A stretch of 64,000 nt of DNA from an uncultured archaeon (GCA_963782915.1 CAWALK010000012.1:320001-384000); one strand, 5' to 3'; numbered from the stretch's first letter, positions 20,507 to 32,296 are shown. The notes: a model not told the origin generated them from the sequence alone. Program-made: numbers and translations.

Positions 20507-20932
20507 CTAAGCAATTTTGAATAGGATACGTTCTGGGATTCCTTCGTCTTCGAGTACAAGATATTTTAGGCCTTCTGTATCGCCAAGTTGGTCAAGCCAT
20601 TTTAGTGCTTCCCGCACTTTCTGCAGTACCAAGAGCCGTTCTTGGTGGCTGCGTACGACTGATTCAATCGCTGACAACTCATGATATGGTGTTGCATCTA
20701 AAACGATGTTTAGGGTGCCTACGGTGATTTCGCTGGGGTTATCGTTGGAGGGTTTTTTGCCTGCTAATTTCATGACTGTGTCGCGGATTTTTTTGGATTT
20801 CTCAGCCAAGGTGCGGATGTCGTCGAGTTTGCGCAGGTACTCGCCCAGTACGCTTTTGGTTTCGGAGAGTTGTTTGTCTAGTGCTTCGGCGATTGCTTGG
20901 GCTGAGGTGTATTCTTTAATTTGTGTTACCAT
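20507..20932 (-). CDS. Coiled-coil hypothetical protein
   Basis: 141 aa, SD AGGAG, heptad-rich helices. Confidence 0.8.
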   Translation of the reverse strand: MVTQIKEYTSAQAIAEALDKQLSETKSVLGEYLRKLDDIRTLAEKSKKIRDTVMKLAGKKPSNDNPSEITVGTLNIVLDATPYHELSAIESVVRSHQERLLVLQKVREALKWLDQLGDTEGLKYLVLEDEGIPERILFKIA

Positions 20933-20979
20933 GAATTTTTAACTCCTAAATTTTTTTTAAAGAGAGAAAAGGAAAATTT

Positions 20980-20999
20980 AGGTGAACGGTCCTTCACCT
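20980..20999 (-). terminator. Hairpin plus U-rich tract after the pilin gene
   Basis: AGGTGAA-N6-TTCACCT, followed on the minus strand by AAATTTTCCTTTTCTCTCTTT. Confidence 0.5.
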
Positions 21000-21028
21000 T
21001 ACCCCGAAGGATCTAAACTATATTGGAT

Positions 21029-21494
21029 TTATGGGTTGTTTATGGTTGCAGTTGCTGCGAAGACAAGTTGTTGCCTTTTGCTGTGATTAGTTTGACTGTG
21101 TATTCTTGACCTAGAAGTCCAATGCAGCAGTCTGTTCAGTGCTAAAGTTGTATCTGATGCACATCTTGGCAGTAATTGTAATGCGCTGCTAGTACAACTC
21201 GGCAGTAACATTGCTACTGCGTTGACAAAAGCATTGCGTAATTGTTACAAGTTTCGCCTGTATTTTGAACGGTTACAATTATTGTTGCTGGTGGCTGCGC
21301 ATCATCGAAAAGTCCTATGTTTGTGATTGTTGCTTGTTCTGCGTTCCCATTAGTCTGATGGTCATTCCTCCCATCCATGCTGCGACGACGACGCTGACTG
21401 CGACGGTGACTGCGATCAAAATGATTGATGCTACTACTGGGCTTAGGGCTTTCGAGTTTTTCTTTAATTTGTTGTATAGTTTATTGTAGTTCAT
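21029..21494 (-). CDS. Archaeal type IV pilin/archaellin-like protein (class III signal peptide), frameshifted
   Basis: Not in the ORF track. Manual translation from ATG 21494 gives MNYNKLYNKLKKNSKA|LSPVVASIILIAVTVAVSVVVAAWMGG, followed by a Thr/Asn-rich body. Confidence 0.85.
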
Positions 21495-21524
21495 TTTTTT
21501 GACCTTCTAACTTCCTTGTTTTAA

Positions 21525-21537
21525 TTCAGATTCTGAA
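21525..21537. promoter_or_regulatory. Palindrome TTCAGA-T-TCTGAA in the pilin promoter
   Basis: Perfect inverted repeat between a TATA-like CTTAAATG (minus strand) and the pilin start. Confidence 0.5.
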
Positions 21538-21651
21538 TAAAGCATTTAAGTCTTGTGACTCAATACATGCTACTATATACCTGTTGAACAGAAATACAGT
21601 TCCCTGAAAAATTAAAGAAAATTAGAAACAAAGAATAGAAGGTTATAATTT

Positions 21652-21987
21652 TTAAGCTTCGACGTCGTCGAAGAATTCGAGAAGCAGCTTTGCGACTTTT
21701 TCGCCCAACTCAGTTTTTATATAGTATTTTTTGAGTGGGTCAATGCGTTCGCTTTTGGCTAAACCCAAAGATTCAATTTCAATCATTCGAGCCCTGAAAG
21801 TGCCGTCACTTAGGGTTAGGTTGTTTTCTCGCATGAAGTCTTTGGCATCTTTCCACTTGCCTCGTCCTACATGGAGCAAAAGCAAGCAGTCTATAGCGTG
21901 GTCTTTCTCTAGCATGGCTTTGATTGAAGCCATCCTTGGGTCGGTTAGCACACGCTTAATCTTCTCTTCGTCCACATTCTTCACCAT
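21652..21987 (-). CDS. Winged helix-turn-helix transcriptional regulator
   Basis: LSDGTFRARMIEIESLGLA...YIKTELGEKVA, an HxlR/ArsR-like wing pattern. Start approximate. Confidence 0.8.
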   Translation of the reverse strand: MVKNVDEEKIKRVLTDPRMASIKAMLEKDHAIDCLLLLHVGRGKWKDAKDFMRENNLTLSDGTFRARMIEIESLGLAKSERIDPLKKYYIKTELGEKVAKLLLEFFDDVEA

Positions 21988-22280
21988 TTCAATCTCTCCT
22001 TTCTTTTCAATTATTGGTATAGCGTCTCTCAATATAAACTATATTACGAATTACGAAATATATCTCCAGACGCCTATCTCCCGAATATCAATATCTTAGC
22101 CACCACTTAATAAATATAAGCAGACAAGCAAGCGTTGGTATCAACTGCAACATGCCTTATTGGGGATGTAATGCAAAAACAATGCTTTTGTCTGGTTTAA
22201 AAAGGTGGGTTTGGGGTTTGGTTGGTTATCGAAAGGCTTAACAGAACCCAAAAAGCATCCATCCGTATCGAGGCAGTTGT

Positions 22281-22874
22281 TTGGCAAGCGATATCCAATA
22301 CGAAATTCCCACATGGAGCCAAATCTATGACATGCTCCTAGTGCAGGCGCAGAAAATCCAGGCTGCCAACTATAAGCCCGACGTGGTGGTTGCAGTTATC
22401 CGGGGCGGTTTAGTCCCTGCGCGAATTTTAACTGATTTGCTTGAGGCGCCGGTGCTTGCCACTATACAAATCGAATTCTACACGGGTATCGCCCAAACCA
22501 TGCAAGCGCCAACAATTAAGCAAGCCCTTACGGTAGCAGTAGGCGGCAAAAAAGTCTTAATCGTCGATGACATCGCTGACACAGGCAAAAGCCTCCAACT
22601 CGCCAAAAACTATCTCCAACAGCGAAGCGTAGGCGAAATCAAAACCGCAACTCTATACTATAAACCGCAAAGCATAACCAAACCCGATTTCTATGAGAAA
22701 CAAACCGGCAGCTGGGTTGTTTTTCCATGGGAAACCCGTGAGACCCTGCGCGAAATACTCAGAAGCCGCCAAGGCAAACGGCAGATTAATCAGGAAATCG
22801 CAAAACTCGTAAGATCAGGGTTTCCCCAACACTTGGCTGATAAACTCTTAGCAGGCATGCAGGAGCCCACCTAA
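22281..22874 (+). CDS. Purine phosphoribosyltransferase
   Basis: RGGLVPA, VLIVDDIADTGKSL PRPP loop, WVVFPWE. Confidence 0.93.
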   Translation: MASDIQYEIPTWSQIYDMLLVQAQKIQAANYKPDVVVAVIRGGLVPARILTDLLEAPVLATIQIEFYTGIAQTMQAPTIKQALTVAVGGKKVLIVDDIADTGKSLQLAKNYLQQRSVGEIKTATLYYKPQSITKPDFYEKQTGSWVVFPWETRETLREILRSRQGKRQINQEIAKLVRSGFPQHLADKLLAGMQEPT

Positions 22875-23432
22875 TGCTGCACCACATCGAAGAGTTCGGC
22901 AGATACGTCGAAATCACAGGTTACCGCAACATAGCTTTCGCTCAAGCTGAGGCTTTTTTGAAGGCTCACCGAAAACAAGCCTGCACCAAGTTGAGCTTCA
23001 ATTCTTCGACGCCGACCTAATCGCCACAGAAGAACACCTCTACTTCGCAGTCCTAAACGCATTGCAGGCATTCAAGGGCAAGACTAACATTTCTAAAAGT
23101 GTCGCTATGGAAACGATGCTTTTTGCTTCGGCTCAGCGGCAAATCCAAAAATCAATCGAGCACATCGGCGTTAAACCGCAGAGCAAGAATTTGGCTGTGG
23201 TGATTGTTGGCGAAGACTCTAAACAGATAGAAGCTCAACTAAAGCCTTAACAGAATGTTTAGGCACTCAACCCGACGCATCCGTCCTCCAACTTACAGCG
23301 GATAAACAGAAAAGAATCCGAGCAGCCTTCCAAATCACCGAAGAGGAAATAAAAACAGAAAACAGCCCAACGGAGAAGGCTATTGTGAACCTTGTCATCG
23401 AGCACGTTGCGTTATTGGCAACGCAGCTTTAG
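22874..23432 (+). CDS. cgi121: KEOPS subunit Cgi121, frameshifted
   Basis: QFFDADLIATEEHLYFAV...NISKSVAMETMLFASAQRQIQKSIEHIGVK. Confidence 0.85.
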
Positions 23433-23952
23433 AGCATTTTCTCTTTAACAACCGCCAAAATATCAGTTGCTTAAGCAGCGAAACCCCAGTTAAAGCGCCC
23501 AAAACCTCAATCTGCAAAATCCAATCAGGGCTATGCAAATCAACTTTGGCTTTGATGTCGCCTACTGCTGCTTCGATTATGTCTTTTGAGTGAAGTTCTG
23601 TGTAGCGTTTTTCAACTGTTACCCTAAACGATTGTGTTTCCTCGATTTTTGCGGATAGTTCTGCGGTTGCTTTTTTGATTTCCTCCAAATCCGTTGTACA
23701 ACCTGTTGAATGGGTACGATGCGTGGGCATAGCGGAATTCGTATGGGCGCTCGGCGAGGATTGCGCGGAGTTTTTCCATGACGGCGATGGGGTCTATGTG
23801 GTTTTGGCTACGATTAAGCCGCGGATTTTGGTTTTGCTTGTTTTGGCTTCGGCGTCGCCAAGTTGGTCTTTGAGGATGTAGAACATTTCGTTGCACATGG
23901 CTCGTTCGTTGCCGCGGGCTGTGGTTGCTAAGAGGTTGAAGTCGTTTATCAT
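23429..23952 (-). CDS. THUMP-domain RNA-binding protein, frameshifted
   Basis: FNLLATTARGNE..., SFRVTVEKR...VDLHSPDWILQIEVLG. Confidence 0.85.
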
Positions 23953-24135
23953 GAGGGTTTTCCCAGTGGAGATTGTGGGTTGCTGGTTATTTTTGCTTTG
24001 TGCCCAAAAATCGGCGCGTGTATGCTTGATTAGGTAACTAATGAAAACACGTGGCCTCTTGTGATTTTTGTCTACCCCCTCCCTCAATAGATGAAAACAA
24101 AAAAGCATTTATCTGTATTAGTTTAAGCAGAGGTT

Positions 24136-24640
24136 ATGAATCGAGCAGTCCCTCCTATCACTCACTGTTATAATTTGTACTAGATTCTACTGCTGGGGGA
24201 TTAGTTTATCTGGATATCAATTGTCCAAATCAGTCTATTGAACCTCTTAATGTAACAATAATGGCTTCAATCTGACAGGCTATTACAACCCAGTTGGAGT
24301 TGTATGGAATGATATGTTCCTTCTTACCTATGCGAATAATGGATTTAACTGATGTTGACAACGCAACAATTACTTTTAGCACAAATAGCACCTTTGAAAT
24401 GAATAGAGAAAATAGATGTCTTTGAACCAGCGCCCCCAAATAATCCTATTCAAACTTTTATGATGGACGAGCCATATTCTTGGGTACTATCAAAGCGAAT
24501 GAAACAAAAGAATTTCATGGTTGCATCAGGAATTATCTTGTGTGATTCTTTTAGGTCATGGATTTGCCTTTACTGCTACCTTAAAATCAAATGATACTTT
24601 CATAGACCAAGAAGCAATAATGATTCCACCACTCAAGTAA
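24136..24640 (+). pseudogene. Degraded or multiply frameshifted AT-rich membrane-anchored hypothetical gene
   Basis: Promoter-like AAAAGCATTTAT plus SD GAGG and ATG 24136, a hydrophobic start and coding-like fragments in several frames. Confidence 0.35.
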
Positions 24641-24857
24641 TAATCAGATACCTTGGACTTAGTTAAGTAAAGATGTATGATTGCAAAGCTATTGAGTAAA
24701 CAATTACAATTGGTGGATAAAGAGCCTCTTAGGATACAAAAAGTTTGTCAACAAACCTTGACTAAAAAAATCGGCTCTTAGTCCAGAAACCTTGACAAAA
24801 ACGCTTTTTACAGCACCAAAGCCCCAATGAAATCAGCTCTGAAGGAGTATGAATCCG

Positions 24858-26649
24858 ATGGGAAAGTCAGCCTCAAATTGGAGCATCCAAACAAAAACAC
24901 GATTTACCCTAAAAATCCTCGGCGTTATCGCCGCTTGCCTAGTTTGTCTTCTCCCACCTGGATATTTCAAGCCAGCGGCGCAGCAGCCTCTACCATACAA
25001 ACCGTGGATGCATCCCCAAAAGTAGGTTCCTACGTATCCATGGCTCTAAATTCACAGGGCAACCCCGGCATCAGCTACTACGACTTCAACAACACCAACC
25101 TCAAATACGCTTACTGGACTGGCACCAACTGGGACGTCCAAACCGTCGATGACCAAGGCTTCAACGGCTTGCACACCTCAGTAGCCTTTGACTCAAAGGA
25201 CAATCCCCACATAAGCTACTTCGGCGAAAACGGCGGCTTAAAGTATGCAGTCTGGAATGGAACCGCTTGGAGCCTCCAAAAAGTCGATGTCGCAGGAAGC
25301 TTCACATCCATCGCTATAGACTCCAACGATCACCCACACATAAGTTACTTTAGCATCCAAAATGGGGCTGATTTAAAGTATGCCGCTTGGAATGGTACCT
25401 CTTGGGAACTCCAAACCCTCGATTCAGAAGGGGGAACAGGCGAATTTACCTCCCTCAAACTGGACAACAACAGTTATGCCCACATAAGCTATTTCGACTA
25501 TACAAATCGCAGTTTGCGGGTAGCTTGGCAGAATAGCACAGGCTGGCATACCCAAACTGTTGACGCAACAGTTGACGTGGGCAAATTCAGCTCCTTAGAC
25601 TTAGACGCCAACGGCACCACCCACATAGCCTACTGCGACAACGCTAGCCGAGACCTGCGATATGCAGTTTCGAATGGTTCAGGCTGGAACATTTCAGGTG
25701 GTTGATTCAATCGGCGATGTCGGCACAGATTCCTCTCTTGCTTTAGACTCACAGGGGTATCCGCACATCAGCTATACCGATAACACAAACCATGTGCTGA
25801 AATATGCCTCATGGAACGGCAAACTGGAATATCCAAACCCTCAGTTACGCAGGTTACGTGGGCGAATACACCAGCTTACCCAACGACCAGACATCAATAA
25901 AAATCGATAGAGACGATGACGCCTGCATTGCGTACTGTGACTGGGGTAACTACTGCTTGAAATACCTCACATTGCCAAACTCCACAGGATACGCAACTAA
26001 ATACGTTCAACCAAGTGTTTTCTTAACAGTCACTCCAAATCCTGTTGAAATCGGAAAAACAGTCAGCATAAACATAACCCTAACACCAAAACCGCCCATG
26101 ACAACGGATTATTACCAAAATATAACCCTAAAGATAACCAATCCAGATGAAACAACGATTACACTCGGACCTTTTGCCTCAGACAACGGCACAGTATTTA
26201 CCTTATTTACACCGACACAGGTCGGCAACTACTCATTACAGGCAAAATATGGTGGCCAATTATTCCTCCGAATGTTCCCAGTCAACGACGTTACCTACTT
26301 TGCCACCCAAAGCAACGTAGTAGCCCTTATGGTTCATCAGGAACCAACTGCAACGCCAACGCCCTCTCCTTCTCCCACACCAACCCCAGCACCCGCTTCC
26401 AACCAAACCACAAAGACAACCTACACTCAAAGCAACCAGCAGACAAGCAGCAGCGAACCAAACTGGCAATACAACCAGCAATACACCCAAGATACAAACC
26501 AATACGGCGGCTCATCAGACACAGGATACCAACCGCCTAAGGTTCACCAAGACGCCGGACCCTTCCCCGTCGTTGAAACCGCAACTGCTTCGTTGGTTGC
26601 CTTTGGAATCTGCGTGGGTGTGATTCTCTTCTTGAAGAGATGGGAATAG
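24858..26649 (+). CDS. Secreted/surface beta-propeller-repeat protein with Ig-like domain, PT linker and C-terminal TM, frameshifted
   Basis: About 7 repeats of G.{F/Y}.S..{L/I}DS...PHISY.D....LKYA.WNG..W..Q.{V/L}D, then PNPVEIG Ig-like domain, TPTPSP linker and TM with KR. Confidence 0.85.
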
Positions 26650-27053
26650 TAACAAAAAGCCTCCATGTTCCTCCAACCTGTCGGCGAAGTCGAAGAGAGA
26701 GGGGGCTTTTTCTACTTTTCAATTTAGCGGCTGCTTGCGCATTATCCATAACCAATCGGCAACCTAAAGCAAACGCTAAGGATACATACAAGTGACTTCA
26801 CAAATCGTTGGTCGATGTGATTTTTAGAGGTCTTTTGTCAGGATCTGCATTCAGAAATCGACCTTTTTACATGCAAATTCCAGTAACATAAGCGTTTATT
26901 TGACATTTCCATTGCAAAACCCACCATCAAAGCATGTTAAAGCGAACCTGAAAAAATGTGGCATTTAACCCTACAGTGCAGTTAACTTAAAGAACAAGCA
27001 GCAAATATACTAAGCAATCTAAATTAAAACGGGGAAAGTGGTGTAAGCAGCAA

Positions 27054-28578
27054 GTGGCTCAAGCAACCTTTGAAGAAATGAGTGCATCCGACTTTTTCTA
27101 CCGAAACCGCGACATCGCAGGCTTAACCAACCCATCACGCAGCCATCTTCGTTGCAATCCGAGAAATAGTCGAAAACAGCCTTGACGCAGCAGAAAGCCA
27201 AAAAATCCCCCCAGACGTCTACGTGCGCTTATCCTTTGAGGCCGAAGCCACCAAAGACACCCAAATCTACAAGCTCCGAGTCGAAGACAACGGCTGCGGC
27301 ATCCCACCGCGTTTCATCCCATCCGCCTTTGGCCAAGTCCTCTACGGCAGCAAATACAAGCTCAAACAGGTCCGAGGCACTTTCGGCTTAGGCGGAAAAA
27401 TGGCTGTTCTCTACGGCCAAATCACAACCCACCAACCAGTCGTTGTAACCTCAAGCACTGGGCAAGAAAAAATTTACACTTTCAAATTAATGATTGACAT
27501 CCAGCGCAACAAACCCATAATTTTGGACCGCAAAGTCCTCATAAACAAGGACAACTGGCAAGGAACAATCGTTGAATTCACCCTTGAAGGCGACTACCTC
27601 CGGGCGATGCCGAAAATCATCGAGTACTTCAAACAAACCGCCATGGTTAACCCATACGCAAACATCACTTTTGTTGACCCCAAAGGCAGACTCTACAAGT
27701 TCATCCGGGCAACAACAGTCATGCCTGAACCCCCAAAAGAAACCATGCCTCACCCATACGGCGTAGACGTAGAACTCCTACAGCGGCTAATCCAAATAAC
27801 AGAATACAACAACATGTCTGATTTTCTAAAAGGGCATTTCCACCGCGTCGGCGAAATCACTGCACAAAAATTCCTCGAATTCGCAGGTATCCCGCCAACA
27901 AAAACCCAAAAAAACTCTCCCATGAAGAAATCGTGCGGTTAATGCAGAACCTCAAAAAATACAAAGACTTCCTACCCCCAGACGCAAGTTGCCTCTCACC
28001 CTGGGCGAAGATCTCTCAAAGCAGGAGTCATGAAAGAACTAAAGCCTGAATACCTTGTTGTTCACCAACGTAAACCCTCCACATATGCGGGTCACCCATT
28101 CATTGTCGAGATGGCTATGGCATATGGCGGCGAAGTGCCTAAACGCGGCAACTTTGTAATTTACCGTTTCGCCAACAAAATCCCCTTGCTCTACGATGAA
28201 GCAAGCGATGTTTCTTACCGTGTAATTTCAGCTATGAATTGGCGACGCTACAAAGTTCACACCTGACATGCCAATCGCGATTGTCGTGCATATTTGCAGC
28301 ACAAAAGTCCCATACAAAACCGTGGGCAAAGAATTCATCTCTGACCGCCCCGAAGTACGCCGAGAAGAAGCCAACGCGTTGCGTGAGGTTGCACGTCAAA
28401 TGCAGCATTTCCTCGCCGGCAAGAGCATGTGCATAAGGAAAAGAAGCGGCTGGGAATCTTCAGCAAGTACCTGCCTAAAATCGCCGAGTTCTCAACGATC
28501 TTAGCTGGGGAAAGAAGGAATCCTGACATCGAAAAATTACTGAAGAGTGTGCAGAAGTATGGCGCAGAAGAAAGCTAA
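27054..28578 (+). CDS. top6B: DNA topoisomerase VI subunit B, several frameshifts
   Basis: SDFFYRNR, REIVENSLDA, EDNGCGI, RGTFGLG, RFANKIPLLYD, STKVPYKTVGKE. Confidence 0.95.
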
Positions 28579-29682
28579 GATAACTGAGAGAAAACAAGAG
28601 GTCATAAAGGGGCTTAAAGACCTTTGGCACTAATATTTACAATCAACTAGACCAAGGCGTTTTCCCAACAGTTAACATGCCCAGCCGCTAGCACCGAAAA
28701 CATCACCTACGACCCCGCGTTGCGCCAATATCATTTTAGGCGAAAAAAGCGTAGGCAGAAGCGCCCGCAACATCCGCCACATTAAACCCTTTACGCAACT
28801 TGCTTGGGTTGCAATGTTCAGCAACGAATTACCAGCCAACGAAAACCTCAACGTTAAGAGATGTCTACTACTCCGCACAAGCCTACGAGATGACTTTCAC
28901 TGACCAGCAGGAATCAAACAACATCATCACCGACCTAGAAACCCTCACAGGCTTTGCACGAGAAGACTTCAGCATATTCCCCGAAGAACGCAGCGCAATC
29001 TTTGGCGACTTAGACATCGGCTACACCGTGCCCGGGTATGAAGGCAAAACAGTGAATTTAACCAGCCACCCAGACGGCGTACTCATCGGTCCAGCCGTAA
29101 CCTCATCAGAATTCATAAAAACCACCGCTAACAAAGTCATAGCCATCGAGAAAGGCGCACTCTTCACAAGATTCATCGAAGAAAACGTCCACAACAAACA
29201 CAAGTCGCTTCTTGATTTCCTGCGGTGGACAAGCGCCAAGGCAAACCCGAAGCTTCATACGCCGACTCCACGACGAACTCGGCTTGCCAGTTTACATTTT
29301 AACTGACGGCGACCCATGGGGAATGCACATTGCTCAAGTCATCATTTCAGGTTCAGCCAACGCCGCCCACCTAAGAGACCTAAACACGCCTGATGCGGTT
29401 TGGAGCGGGGTTTGGGCAAGCGACATCGTCGAATACAAACTACCCACTGACCCACTGGACGAAGTAGACATTAAACGTCTATACGAGTTGCAAAAAGACC
29501 CAAGATACCAAAACGACCCCATCTGGCAACGTGAAATCAAGATGTTCCTCAAAATCAAGCGAAAGACGGAACTTGAAGCTTTCAGCAGATACGGCTTAAC
29601 TTACATCGTAGACGAATACTTGCCTACAAAACTTGAGCAGAAACCTAAAGAGAGCCCCCGTAAAACAGGCAAGAAACTGTAA
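28559..29682 (+). CDS. top6A: DNA topoisomerase VI subunit A, several frameshifts
   Basis: STLRDVYY (catalytic Tyr), IAIEK, TDGDPWG TOPRIM, KTELEA. Confidence 0.95.
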
Positions 29683-30043
29683 AATTAAACCCAAATATTA
29701 TTTGAAGGTGAATGCTTTGCGTGTCGGCATAACAATAATAGAGAAGCGAATGTAGTTGCGTGACCCCCTGACCTTAGCAAGTCAGCAAACCTCGATGAAA
29801 TAATTTCCGAAGCTTCGCGCTCTTAAATAGAAATTGAGAAGAACGGCAAAAAAACCGTTCCACTATGTTTAAAAAAAATCACTCACTATTCTTAAAAATA
29901 CCATGCATTTCTACTTTGAACACAACTCTGTTTAATCAAATAAGCTCCTCTTTAAAAAAAAAAGTCAGTAGAAACCCGTAGTAAAATGCTTTGTAAGCGA
30001 ATGATTTATCAGTAAATCAAATGTAAAACGCTACTGACCAGAG

Positions 30044-31531
30044 ATGTCCATGAGACCAAACCGTTCCCAACGACGCTCACAAGCACCCTGCCCCGTTCCC
30101 TCTATGTTCCGCAAAGAGACCCCCGTGCCAACCTCCGCGAAATGGTTGACTCAGTATTTTCAGATAAACTCATGATTTTCCTCTCACTAATTCTTATCCC
30201 GCTTATTCTGCTTCCGTTCATCTTCCAGTTAAGCAGTACCGTTCTGGGTTTTTTTGAAATCTGCGATGTAATCATCGTTGTATTGTTCGTGGCAGAATAC
30301 ACCACAAAACTCTACGCTGCCGAGAACCGCTGGAGCCACTTTAAATCGCCCTGGCATCTGGTCGATTTACTAATTATCACTTTACCATTTATGCAATACT
30401 TGCCCCTGTTTCGATTACAATTACAGGTTCACCTTCACTGCTGCTTCGACTGCTGCGGGTGCCGCGGGCGCTTGCAGTAGGAAGCAAAGTAATCGTGAGC
30501 AGAAGAAACAACACCATCGCACTAAAACAAGAAACCGCCGACCACACTACCGTCATTAGGCAAGTCGGCTCTGACCTCACAATAACCCATAATCTCTCTT
30601 GGGATGACCTCAAAACTCATATAGCAGACGAAAACCGCCACGAATGGCTTGACCTCCACTACGTCTCAAACGAAGGCTTCGCCCAACTAAGCAGTATTCT
30701 GGGGATCCCTGAACCCCACTTCAAAAGCGCCTTAGTAGACGAAATCTATCCCCACATAGACTACGTCCAAAAAGCCTCCTTCATCTTTGTACAATCAGGA
30801 AGAATACGCTACCCCGCCGAGGACGTCGCCAACTACTTGACGATTTCCCGCTCAGGAGTCATAGTAATCTGCGACGGCAAAAAAATCATTACCGTTTCAA
30901 GACAAAACGTTGACCTGTTAGACGAAGTCCTTCACTCCGTCCAGCAGAAAAACAACGAAACGCCTTTGTCGTTCCCGTCCTCTACAGCATCCTCGAACAC
31001 ATGCTAAACGATTACCGCTCAATCCTCTCCGAAATAGAACTCGAAGTACTGCAAATCGGCAACACACACCGCTCAAAACTCCCCCGAGACTTTCTTGAGC
31101 GCATATATCAATTAGACAAAGAAGTCTCACGCTTAGTCTCTAACCTTGTCCACTTCAAAGACATGTTAAGCATCATAACCTCCAAAAAAGTGCCCCTCGA
31201 AGGCTTCAACAAGCAATCAGAAGAAGCCTTCCATGTCCTACAAGACGGCGCAGGCTACCTAACCGAATTATCCCATGACTTAATCGAGAATCTACGCTCA
31301 AACATCGACCTATACATCAACCAGACATCCTTTGAAACCAACAGAATCCTAAAAATCCTCGCAGTAATCACCGCCATCTCCGTAATTCCCACAGCCGTAA
31401 GTGGCATACTGGGCACAAACCTCTTGGATGTACCCTATGGTGCTTCTCTTTGGCAATTATCCTTCATCGTAACTGTGAGCGTTGCATTCGTAACCTACAC
31501 ATTCGTTAAACTCGGATGGCTAAAGACATAG
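30044..31531 (+). CDS. Voltage-sensor-like (Ion_trans S1-S4) domain fused to CorA-family divalent cation transporter, frameshifts near 30410 and 30965
   Basis: S2 FVAEY, S3 WHLVDLL, S4 LLRLLRVPRAL. CorA segments WLDL...LGIPE...ALVDEIYPHID and NRILKILAVIT...ILGTN...W. Confidence 0.85.
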
Positions 31532-31536
31532 ATGTA

Positions 31537-32145
31537 CTACAGTTCCGCAGTTAACCATGCATGAATAGTCTCGAATACCCCATCCGAGGACTCATCCAAC
31601 CCATGCCGGTTTCCCGCCAATATCTCCAGCTTTTTGTGCCCTTGCGCTTTGTCAAAAATTATTTGAGAATTCGTCGGCGAAAGCGTTTCATCGTCTGCCC
31701 CATGAATAAGCAGAATCGACGCATGCGCAGCCAACGTATCCACTGCTCCAGCGCCAAAACTTTGAGCGGCAAGAGTAACCACCGTTTTAGCCCAATCCAA
31801 AGTAATTCCCGCTTGAATAACGACTGCTCCGCCAAAAGAATGCCCCACCAAACCCAAAGCCTCCACGCCCTCTGAATGCAAAAATTTAGCTCCAGCTAGC
31901 ACATCCTGCACGGATTCCTCAAGCAAGGTTGGAAACCTAAACTGCACCCGCAAGACGCTTATGCCTTCGCTGGATAGTTTCGCGGCGAGTTTGGGGTAGA
32001 GGTTTTTGGCTGGGCTATCAAAGTTGCCTCCGATGCCTCCTACGAAGATGACGCCTTTTTTGGAGCCTTTGGCTGGGTAATAGCGGCAATTGGTTACAGA
32101 TTCATCTGTGGTGATTATTGTTATTGGCAAAAATTCTTGGGTCAA
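31537..32145 (-). CDS. Alpha/beta hydrolase
   Basis: GHSFGG, LIHGADD, H near the C-terminus. Confidence 0.9.
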   Translation of the reverse strand: MTQEFLPITIITTDESVTNCRYYPAKGSKKGVIFVGGIGGNFDSPAKNLYPKLAAKLSSEGISVLRVQFRFPTLLEESVQDVLAGAKFLHSEGVEALGLVGHSFGGAVVIQAGITLDWAKTVVTLAAQSFGAGAVDTLAAHASILLIHGADDETLSPTNSQIIFDKAQGHKKLEILAGNRHGLDESSDGVFETIHAWLTAEL

Positions 32146-32296
32146 AAAATCACTCCTTTAAGCATTCACTAGTTTGTGAATGGGGTAAAATAGCTTTTTT
32201 TTGGGTTAGCGTTGTCTGTTTTGGTTTTTTGTTTTTGGGTTCATAGATAAATTATATATATATTACATATTGTGACAAATAGATACCACTTGTCTG

